From an uncultured Candidatus Saccharibacteria bacterium (GTDB lineage: Bacteria; Patescibacteriota; Minisyncoccia; UBA6257), in contig CAYZJA010000001.1 in the NCBI GenBank assembly GCA_964479005.1, forward strand, positions 80,642 through 144,641: a DNA stretch of 64,000 nucleotides, given 5' to 3'. Every line of letters starts with the position of its first letter. Positions within the stretch are counted from its first letter, which is position 1. Below, one piece after another: positions 56,556 to 64,000 of this stretch. The notes beneath the pieces are model-generated. The model saw nothing but the letters and a program-made list of their open reading frames with translations. It was not told the origin of the DNA and did not search any database. A program made the position numbers and the translations under genes.

Positions 56556-57712
56556 AACTTAGTAGGGAAATTGTAATAACGATTATAATTTTAATCTTTT
56601 TATTGGTATCTTTATCCGAATTTGGAGCAACTTTTTATTCTTCTATATCTCAAAAGCAGAAAAGTAGTAATTATATTTACGATGAGAAAATTATAGTTAT
56701 AGATGAGAAAGTTATAGAAGATGAAAGACAGGAGATAGAGAATATTCAAATCAGTTTTAGAGGAATAGATTTCTATCCTGATCCTTATCCTTATTCTACT
56801 TCAGAAGCTTTTGATGCCTTAGAACAGCTCCTTAATTTTCAGGGAATGAATTATGTCCAATTACGTTTTTTCCTAACTCAAGATTCTCTTACTTCCAACA
56901 AAGTGGTTTATGATGAAAAACAAGATATTACTCTAGAAAGCATGATTGTTATGATTCATCAAGCAGGAAAGAGAGTATCATTACTGCCTGATATTATCAT
57001 TAAAACAGGGGATTATGTAGCTAGTCTTAGTCCTGAAGATATTGAACAATGGTTTGCTTCTTATTATGATGCTTTAATGCACTATGCTATTTTGGCGCAG
57101 ACATATGATGTAGAATTATACTGTATCGGTAATGAGCTTCATTCTTTATGGATAGAGGATCAAAAATGGAGATACATTATTGATAAACTGAGAGAGCAAT
57201 ACAAAGGTTTAGTCACTACTAAACTTAACTGTTGGTGGCAGGAAAAAACATTCCAAAAAGTATTAACTTATGGTTGGCTGGAAAAACTTGATTATATTGC
57301 CATTGCTCCATATTTTGATCTAACGTGGGAAAATGATCTTTCTTTAGAAGAAATAAAGAGCAGCTGGCAGAATAGTCGTCATGGACTTAATATAGTAGCA
57401 GAATTGGAAGAAATCGCTAAAAAATATAAAAAAAAGATGATTTTTTCAGAGATTGGTTATAGAAGCATTGATGGAACTACTATTGAACCTTGGAATAGTG
57501 ATTCTATAGTACCTCGTTCAGGAGGAAGTGGTAAGATTGATTTAGAAGAACAATCCTTAGCTACTCAAGCTTTATTTGATGTTTTCAAAGATAAAGATTG
57601 GTGGGGAGGAGTATTCTGGTTCTATTGGCCGACTGTTAAACCAAATGAACAAGATAAAACATGGGCTATATGGAATAAACCAGTACAGCTGGTTATTCAA
57701 AATAATTTTTGA
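56552..57712 (+). CDS. putative clan GH-A (TIM-barrel) glycoside hydrolase; start at ATG 56552 overlapping the GT2 stop
   Basis: TM anchor; IGNELH (NE acid/base) and FSEIGY (nucleophile Glu) spaced like GH5/GH26-type enzymes. Confidence 0.4.
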   Translation: MKLSREIVITIIILIFLLVSLSEFGATFYSSISQKQKSSNYIYDEKIIVIDEKVIEDERQEIENIQISFRGIDFYPDPYPYSTSEAFDALEQLLNFQGMNYVQLRFFLTQDSLTSNKVVYDEKQDITLESMIVMIHQAGKRVSLLPDIIIKTGDYVASLSPEDIEQWFASYYDALMHYAILAQTYDVELYCIGNELHSLWIEDQKWRYIIDKLREQYKGLVTTKLNCWWQEKTFQKVLTYGWLEKLDYIAIAPYFDLTWENDLSLEEIKSSWQNSRHGLNIVAELEEIAKKYKKKMIFSEIGYRSIDGTTIEPWNSDSIVPRSGGSGKIDLEEQSLATQALFDVFKDKDWWGGVFWFYWPTVKPNEQDKTWAIWNKPVQLVIQNNF

Positions 57713-57846
57713 AACAAAGGGGAAGATTAATCTTCCCCTTTTATTTTTTATAAATATAAAATATTTTTATCATTTAATTTATAAAGCCAATGAAAGAGTT
57801 GGCAAATCATTATTAATATCATATTTTACTTAATTAAGAGTGGACT

Positions 57847-57875
57847 TGACAAGAAAAAAAAAGTTTGCTATTGTG
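57847..57875 (+). promoter_or_regulatory. sigma70-like promoter TTGACA-N17-TATTGT, paralogous to the sRNA promoters
   Basis: gtggacttgacaagaaaaaaaaagtttgctattgt vs gggacttgacaagatttaaatgtttgctatact. Confidence 0.5.
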
Positions 57876-57877
57876 TT

Positions 57878-58036
57878 TTCACGGTGGGGCTTTTATTTTA
57901 GCCCCGCAGTGGGGCTTATGAATAATATTCAAAAAAGGGGATTTCATAATTTAAACAAAATTTCTTTTCGATTTCTTGCGTTTAGTAAAATTGAAAAAGA
58001 AGTTTTTTGAGGTTGGCGTTTTTGCGCCAACTTTTT
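57878..58036 (+). ncRNA. candidate ~155-nt short transcript (sRNA, or mRNA for a 30-aa peptide) bounded by a promoter and a terminator
   Basis: Hairpin ggggcttttattttagcccc; possible micro-ORF MNNIQKRGFHNLNKISFRFLAFSKIEKEVF; terminator gttggcgtttttgcgccaac followed by ttttt at 58012-58036. Confidence 0.3.
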
Positions 58037-58094
58037 AATATTAAAATTAATAAAAAAAATAAATAAAAAAATAAAAATTAATAAAATAAAAAAA

Positions 58095-59357
58095 ATGAAA
58101 AAAATAATAACAATTTTAAGTACTTCCCTTTTGATGTTTGCTTTTGTAACTTCAGTTTCCGCAGCAGCTCCGAATTGGAATGTCAGTGGAACATGGATGG
58201 CAGAGCATGAGTTCGGGGGGAATACTTACTCTCATGTAAACAACATTGTTCAAGCACTAGACGGTTCCCTGACGGGGACCGGAGGATGGGATGGTACGCA
58301 AAACGGCATCCCCGTTGGTACTCCTAATACATGGGAGATAACCAACGGTTCGGTTTCTGGTAACAACATTCAATTTAACTACCAATACAATACCGTCGAG
58401 TTATGCGCCAAGGATGGAGGTATTGATGCAGTAATTAATGCTGACGGTTCTATGACTGGAACATGGCATGATGATTGTGGTACTGGACGAACTGGCGCAT
58501 GGACAGTCCCAGCAGGTTCCGCAGTCTATTTAAGAACTGCAGAAATTACTTCTCCAACATCAGGAGAAGAAGTTTCGGGAATGGTTTCATTTGATGCAAT
58601 ACTAACTGACAAAGATGGTGATGATAGTGTTCAATGGGCAGTTCGTCAGGGTACTTGCACTGCAGGAATAGGAACAGTGTTTGGTAATGTAGATGGTAAA
58701 TCAGATATCTACACTTGGGATCATGTCAATTTCCATGCATCAGCCGATACTTCTTCCTGGGCTCCTGGAAATTACTGTTTTGTCTTTAATCCCACAGAGA
58801 GTGCTGGAGATATAGCTATTAGAGAGACACGAGAGTTTATCCTAAAAGACACTGTAGCACCATTGGTAACGATAGAAAGTCCTAGTGAGGGTGATGTTGT
58901 TTCTGGTACAGTTGAAATTTATGGAACTGTTGTAGAATACTATATGCTAAGTCACTACAATATCTCGGTTTATCCAGGTGATGCCGACTTTAATGATTTC
59001 AGCAAAAGAATAGCTCAAGCAACTATTTATCGCACTACGGGTTTTAGTAATGAATTAATTTTCGCATGGGATTCAACTGGATTTGAAGATGGCGAGTATC
59101 TAATTAGATTAGCTGCTAGAGACGCTGCTGGTAATCGTAGTTATGATGGCGATGCATATCTAGGTGGTGATGATTCACAGCATGTGATTAGAGTAACTGT
59201 GAATAATATACCAGACCTAATTGGTCCACCGATTAATAAAGATCAATGTAAAAAAGATGGTTGGAAGATATTTGATAATCCAAGTTTTAAGAATCAGGGA
59301 GATTGTGTAAGTTATGTCCAGAGTAATGAAAATGCAAAAGGAAATAAAAATAAATAA
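58095..59357 (+). CDS. secreted hypothetical protein
   Basis: Signal peptide ...VSAAAP; G/T/D-rich; no known motif. Confidence 0.5.
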   Translation: MKKIITILSTSLLMFAFVTSVSAAAPNWNVSGTWMAEHEFGGNTYSHVNNIVQALDGSLTGTGGWDGTQNGIPVGTPNTWEITNGSVSGNNIQFNYQYNTVELCAKDGGIDAVINADGSMTGTWHDDCGTGRTGAWTVPAGSAVYLRTAEITSPTSGEEVSGMVSFDAILTDKDGDDSVQWAVRQGTCTAGIGTVFGNVDGKSDIYTWDHVNFHASADTSSWAPGNYCFVFNPTESAGDIAIRETREFILKDTVAPLVTIESPSEGDVVSGTVEIYGTVVEYYMLSHYNISVYPGDADFNDFSKRIAQATIYRTTGFSNELIFAWDSTGFEDGEYLIRLAARDAAGNRSYDGDAYLGGDDSQHVIRVTVNNIPDLIGPPINKDQCKKDGWKIFDNPSFKNQGDCVSYVQSNENAKGNKNK

Positions 59358-59382
59358 AAAATAAATAAAAAAAATAAAAAAT

Positions 59383-61131
59383 ATGAATAAACAATTATTC
59401 TCTAAAACGATTTCACTTTTCTTAGTTTTTTCTTTGGTGTTCGTAGGTGTTTCAATATTTTCACCAAATAATATTGAAGCTAAAGGACAGAAACCAAATA
59501 ACAAAATATCAATTTGTCATAGAACTAGTTCTGCTACTAATCCTTGGAATGTAATTAATGTTAGTGTTAATGCTCAAGATGCTCACTTAGCTCATGGAGA
59601 TTTTCTTTATGAAGGTAGTTATCCAGTGAATTCTAAAGAAGCAGAGGAATGGTGTGGCATGACTAGATATACTTGTAATGAAAGTACTTGGCAATGTGTA
59701 ATTGATAACCAAGGTCAATATTCAAGTTATGATGATTGTTCAACTGTTTGTCAGGAACCAATGGCAACTGTAACAATTTGTAAATATGACGAAGAAAGGA
59801 ATCCTTTAAGTGGATGGAAAATGATTTTGAAAGGGGATTTGCAAGACCAAGTAACTGTTTTTCCTGATGGGTCAGCATATTTGTCAGGAGATTTACCATT
59901 AGAAGATTATTTATTAATGGCTTCTGGTCAATATGTTTATAGGCCTGGAACTTTAGGGGCTGAATATTCTGATGCTGGCTATACTAAGAGGAATTGTCCA
60001 GGAGATGCTACTTATTTATGTAGTGGTCCCTATACCCCATGGTTTAATGTTTTTGATATTATAGGTATTCATAAAGGATGGTTGGGGATTATGGTTAATG
60101 ACGCCGCAACTAATTGGGGTTCTTACTTTAACTCTGCTCATACTTATGCTCTGGGATATCCTAATTATAGTGGTTCATTATCTTTTACAATTAAAGATGA
60201 TGTGTATAGTGATAATTCAGGACAATTAAATGTTGATATTTATAAAGGATATACTGGGGAGACAGATGAAAATGGTTGTATAACCTTTAATGATGTTCCT
60301 TTGGAAACTTATTCTCTTGAGGAAATTCTTAAAGATGGATGGCAAAATGTTAGTGGTTTAGGACAGATTGTTATTGATGAATCTCAAGAAACTTTTGATG
60401 TGATTAATAGTGAAATTAAAAGCGAAAAAGAACTAGCATGCATAAATTCAGGTGGCACAGTTGGAACAGGTATATGCTGCAAAAGTGTAGAAGGTTTTCC
60501 AAATGATTGTGCTACAGGAGCCTGCGGTTGTTCTGCAGGAGATAGCCATGAAGTTCAGGTTTGTAATTGTCCAGCAGGCAAATGTTTTGATGGAAATTCC
60601 TGCGTAACAAAATGTGAAGAAGGAATTAATCTTCTTAAAAACGGTAGTTTCGAATATCCGGAAGTAACTAATACAAGCAAATGGCAGTTATTTCCATCAG
60701 GGACAGCTCTACTTGAATGGGTAGTTGGATGGGTTAGCGCTGCTCCATCAGACCCTCCAACAATTGAAATACAGAAAGGCGTAGTAGTTTCTCCTAGTAA
60801 TGGACTTCAAAGCATTGAATTAGATTCAGAAGCTCCAACCTATATTTCTCAAGCAGTTAATACAGAATCTGGCTATGGATATAAATTAAGCTTTGATTTT
60901 GCAGCCAGGCCTAATACTTCAGAAGAAGATAATAAATTAGAGGTTTGGGCTGATAGTATTCTTAAAGATAGTATTAGCAGCAATACATCTTGGCAAACAA
61001 AAACATATAATTTTAATGCTACTTCTAACCTTACGGAAATCAAATTCGTGGATATAGGAATTCCTAATACCGATTCAATGGGTACATTATTAGATAATGT
61101 TAAATTAGAATGTGTTCCGCCGGTTCTGTAA
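59383..61131 (+). CDS. secreted Cys-rich surface protein with a C-terminal jelly-roll-like module (NGSFE...LDNV), paralogous to the next gene
   Basis: Signal peptide; 30+ Cys; segments ICKYDEERNPLSGWKMILKGD and EYSDAGYTKRNCPGDA recur in the downstream ORF. C-terminal NGSFEYPEV...IELDSE...YKLSFDFAARP...LLDNVKLECV. Confidence 0.55.
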   Translation: MNKQLFSKTISLFLVFSLVFVGVSIFSPNNIEAKGQKPNNKISICHRTSSATNPWNVINVSVNAQDAHLAHGDFLYEGSYPVNSKEAEEWCGMTRYTCNESTWQCVIDNQGQYSSYDDCSTVCQEPMATVTICKYDEERNPLSGWKMILKGDLQDQVTVFPDGSAYLSGDLPLEDYLLMASGQYVYRPGTLGAEYSDAGYTKRNCPGDATYLCSGPYTPWFNVFDIIGIHKGWLGIMVNDAATNWGSYFNSAHTYALGYPNYSGSLSFTIKDDVYSDNSGQLNVDIYKGYTGETDENGCITFNDVPLETYSLEEILKDGWQNVSGLGQIVIDESQETFDVINSEIKSEKELACINSGGTVGTGICCKSVEGFPNDCATGACGCSAGDSHEVQVCNCPAGKCFDGNSCVTKCEEGINLLKNGSFEYPEVTNTSKWQLFPSGTALLEWVVGWVSAAPSDPPTIEIQKGVVVSPSNGLQSIELDSEAPTYISQAVNTESGYGYKLSFDFAARPNTSEEDNKLEVWADSILKDSISSNTSWQTKTYNFNATSNLTEIKFVDIGIPNTDSMGTLLDNVKLECVPPVL

Positions 61132-61237
61132 GTTATAAATAATATCCGGCAATTACAAAAGAAAAAGTTGATAGGATTTAATGGCGAATTAACCGTTCAT
61201 TTTAAATAAAAGATTAAAAAGTTAAATATATAAAAAA

Positions 61238-64000
61238 ATGAAAAAACAATTTTTCTCTAAAACATTTTCAATTTTCTTGGCACTTTCTTTTGTACTTTCT
61301 AATAGCGCAATGTTAGTGCCATTACAAGCTGAAGCTTGTGAGGAAGAAATATGCGAAGACGTTATTGTGGTAAGTAATATAGAAGATAAGGTTTTTGATA
61401 TTGCAGAAACTCTTCCCGGTGAAGCAGCTGTTCTTGCTTGGGATGATCATCCGGCATGGACAGCGTATATTGAAGGCGCAAATTGGATTTGGAAGACAGA
61501 ATATGTAGAAAATCCTGATCAAGACGAAACATATATATTTAAAAAAGATTTTGATATTGTTGGCATTCCAGATTCTGCAACATTAAAAGTTGCAACTGAT
61601 AATTCGTATAGTGTTTGGGTTAACAATGTTTTGATTGGAGAAGTTATAACTGAAGATAATCACAGTTCAACAACCCAAGATCAATATAATAATATCGTTG
61701 ACTTTCATACCGGTTCAAATGAAATTAAATTTGAAGTTAAAAACTGGGCAGGAAATGCGTCACCGAAATTAAATCCTGCAGGTCTTTTGTATAGACTTGA
61801 GATTGTAAGATCTTCTTGTGAACCTCAATGTATACCTCAATCTTCTATAGAAACAGACTGTACTAATGGTTTAGATGATGACTGCGATGGTTTTATTGAT
61901 AGTGAAGATTCTGATTGTCAGATGTTAATAATGGCTTCTAAAGTAATTTGTGATAATGAATCAGATTTACCTAATTGGGGGACAGGATCTGGAGTTGACT
62001 ATCCTTCATATAACATTGATCAAAACACAGCTTCGGATTATGTAGCTGAACATTCTGGTTGTTATTTAGCTTCTAATTGGTTTTTTCAATGGGGACAACA
62101 AGGTTCTGATGATTTTGGAAAAGACTTTTATGGAGAAGCTGGCAATGGCTACACTACTTTTGGGCCAACAAATGAAAATGGAGTAGCTAGTACAACAGTG
62201 GATTCTGTTACCGGTAGTTATTTGGAATTAAGGGAAGTTCTGCAGCAAGGTTATATTCCTTTTACGTATGACCAATCACATAAATCTAATGATAATAATA
62301 TTTCTGCAGAATTTTATTGCCACAATGATATTCTCAATTATGATAACTGGGATTATATAAAAAATCCTCAATTAGGAATTACTCATTATTGCGTTGGATT
62401 TAATGCATTAATCGAACAAGAAGAACCAGAACCTGTTTGTGGAAATGAAATTATAGAAACTGGTGAACAATGTGATCCACCTTCAACCACTGCTCCTAAT
62501 TCTACTGATGAATATTTCTGTGACCAAAATTGTAATTTAGTTCCTATCTATCATTCTCTGGATGGTTGTCCAAAAAATCAAATCCTAGAATTTATTCAGT
62601 CTTATCAAATTCATTCAACTAGTACGACAGAAGTTATTATTCCTGTGAGTGGTAGCGATACATATAAGTTTGAAGTTAAAGGAACTTTTTATCCTACTCA
62701 AAATGGAAAAAATGAGAATTTCCTATCAGATGCCGCCTATACGACTGAAGATGGCTGGGTTTCAACTTCTACAAAATACGGAATTAAAGGCATACCACCT
62801 GATTATGCTGCCCATGCTTTATTAGGTGATTTAGGATTAGGGGCTGGAGTAATTAATTGGGGAGATTATGATTCTTCTCATGAATATGATTTCTCTTACA
62901 CAATTCCTTCAGGCGCTACTTCTACTCAATTTGTGATAGGTGATAGATGGGATAATTGGTTTATACCAGATGATATTAGTTGGAATAATCAAGGCGGAAT
63001 GAAAGATAATCTTGGAAATTTGACTTTAGATGTTTATGAGTGTAAGCCAATCCAAGCTAGATGTGATCCTAAGTTAGAATTAGTTATGAATGGCGATTTT
63101 GAGAGTCCTGAAGTGACTGATCTAGTAAAAAAATGGGGTATTTTTCCATCAGGGACAACCGATTTAGAATGGTTAATTAATTGGAGAGAAATTTGGCCTT
63201 CAGCACCAAAAATAGCAAATCTTGAAATTCAGAAAAGTTATTATACTCCAGTAATAGCTCCTGTAGTTCCTGGAGATCCAGATCAATATGCTGAGTTAGA
63301 TACTGATTGGCATGGTCCAGGTGGACCTTCTGGTGAACCAGCCTCAGTAGCTATTTCTCAAGATATTCCAACAATTATAGGGGAAACTTATAGATTAAGT
63401 TTTGATTTTTCACCACGACCATATACTGATTTAGAACAGAATCATTTAAAGGGTTTTGTTGATAGCGCTGAATTATTTGATATTTCTGCTGATGGTTCTG
63501 GTTTAACAGATACTTTATGGAATCAATATTCTGATAATTTTGTTGCTACAAGTTCAATAACAAACATTAAATTTACTGATTATGGTACACCAGACTCTTT
63601 AGGCACTTTCTTAGATAATGTTAGCGTAAGATGTGTTCCTCAGGACGAACCTACTATGTATCATTGTAATGAGGAATGGCAATGTATAGCAGATCCTGAA
63701 GGTGAATATAATACTGATAATTGTGACAATCAATGTATTAAACCTGGAACATCCACAGTTACTATTTGTAAATATAATGAACAAGAAGAACCTTTAAGAG
63801 GTTGGAAGATGATACTTAAAGGTGATAGGTATGATACAGTGCCTGTTTTTCCAGATGGGCAAAATTATTCTTCAAATCCTTTGCTATTAGGTGATTACTT
63901 AATTCAGGCTTCTGGTCAATATTTATATAGACCAGGAACACCTGGCGCTGAGTATTCTGATGCTGGCTATACTAAGAGGAATTGTCCAGGAGATGCTGAT
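61238..64000 (+). CDS. giant secreted Cys-rich surface protein, 3' partial (runs off the window), with at least two NG(D/S)FE...LDNV modules
   Basis: Open frame from ATG 61238 to the window end. Signal peptide. Repeats the ICKYNEQEEPLRGWKMILKGD and AEYSDAGYTKRNCPGDA blocks; the latter is nucleotide-identical to 59960-60010. Confidence 0.55.
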   Translation, partial: MKKQFFSKTFSIFLALSFVLSNSAMLVPLQAEACEEEICEDVIVVSNIEDKVFDIAETLPGEAAVLAWDDHPAWTAYIEGANWIWKTEYVENPDQDETYIFKKDFDIVGIPDSATLKVATDNSYSVWVNNVLIGEVITEDNHSSTTQDQYNNIVDFHTGSNEIKFEVKNWAGNASPKLNPAGLLYRLEIVRSSCEPQCIPQSSIETDCTNGLDDDCDGFIDSEDSDCQMLIMASKVICDNESDLPNWGTGSGVDYPSYNIDQNTASDYVAEHSGCYLASNWFFQWGQQGSDDFGKDFYGEAGNGYTTFGPTNENGVASTTVDSVTGSYLELREVLQQGYIPFTYDQSHKSNDNNISAEFYCHNDILNYDNWDYIKNPQLGITHYCVGFNALIEQEEPEPVCGNEIIETGEQCDPPSTTAPNSTDEYFCDQNCNLVPIYHSLDGCPKNQILEFIQSYQIHSTSTTEVIIPVSGSDTYKFEVKGTFYPTQNGKNENFLSDAAYTTEDGWVSTSTKYGIKGIPPDYAAHALLGDLGLGAGVINWGDYDSSHEYDFSYTIPSGATSTQFVIGDRWDNWFIPDDISWNNQGGMKDNLGNLTLDVYECKPIQARCDPKLELVMNGDFESPEVTDLVKKWGIFPSGTTDLEWLINWREIWPSAPKIANLEIQKSYYTPVIAPVVPGDPDQYAELDTDWHGPGGPSGEPASVAISQDIPTIIGETYRLSFDFSPRPYTDLEQNHLKGFVDSAELFDISADGSGLTDTLWNQYSDNFVATSSITNIKFTDYGTPDSLGTFLDNVSVRCVPQDEPTMYHCNEEWQCIADPEGEYNTDNCDNQCIKPGTSTVTICKYNEQEEPLRGWKMILKGDRYDTVPVFPDGQNYSSNPLLLGDYLIQASGQYLYRPGTPGAEYSDAGYTKRNCPGDAD

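Overview
The window is an AT-rich, gene-dense chromosomal segment. Several features suggest a Candidate Phyla Radiation (Patescibacteria-like) bacterium: compact genes, an rpmD (L30) gene missing from the ribosomal operon, an archaeal-type AMP phosphorylase, lineage-specific extensions in ribosomal proteins, and giant Cys-rich secreted proteins. This assignment is inference, not a database result.

Core content:
- Left end (1-17.9 kb): M23 peptidase, histidine phosphatase, MazG-like protein, ATP-cone protein and several tiny proteins; a RhuM-Fic fusion; an SDR; a stand-alone Cas4-like nuclease; GerMN, DUF167, RarA, PlsC and a CaCA exchanger; an HD protein, RsmI, Prs and AMP phosphorylase; an M50 protease.
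- Ribosomal block (17.98-34.3 kb): a long str-S10-spc block rpsL-rpsG-fusA-tuf-rpsJ-rplCDWB-rpsS-rplV-rpsC-rplP-rpmC-rpsQ-rplNXE-rpsN(Z)-rpsH-rplFR-rpsE-rplO-secY-adk-map. It ends abruptly in a non-coding palindromic island instead of continuing into infA-rpmJ-rpsM-rpsK-rpsD-rpoA-rplQ.
- 34.9-46.5 kb: tpiA and pgk, SIMPL protein, NrnA-like DHH phosphoesterase, RNase HI, RNase P RNA on the minus strand, a DUF4012-like protein, MurJ, LepA and an FtsB-like protein.
- 46.5-49.2 kb: a nested pair of tRNA-Gly(CCC) genes, followed by a compact five-gene accessory operon.
- 49.2-54 kb: mnmA-iscU-iscS on the minus strand, tRNA-Thr, rplJ-rplL, tRNA-Val.
- Right end: a GT2 synthase plus GH-like hydrolase module, then three large secreted Cys-rich paralogous proteins, the last running off the window.

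Most notable non-routine signals:
1. A tRNA gene split by a 136-nt palindrome-flanked insert that itself carries a second tRNA, next to a GIY-YIG gene.
2. A tightly packed accessory operon (GIY-YIG / HEPN-like / HTH-Panacea / RelE-like / Abi_2-like HEPN).
3. A small-RNA family driven by near-identical TTGACA-N16/17-TATACT promoters with a co-varying terminal stem.
4. A short AAGAACCTTG-based repeat family that occurs intergenically and also in frame inside rplR and rplW.
5. A recurrent AAAAGGTCG upstream motif.
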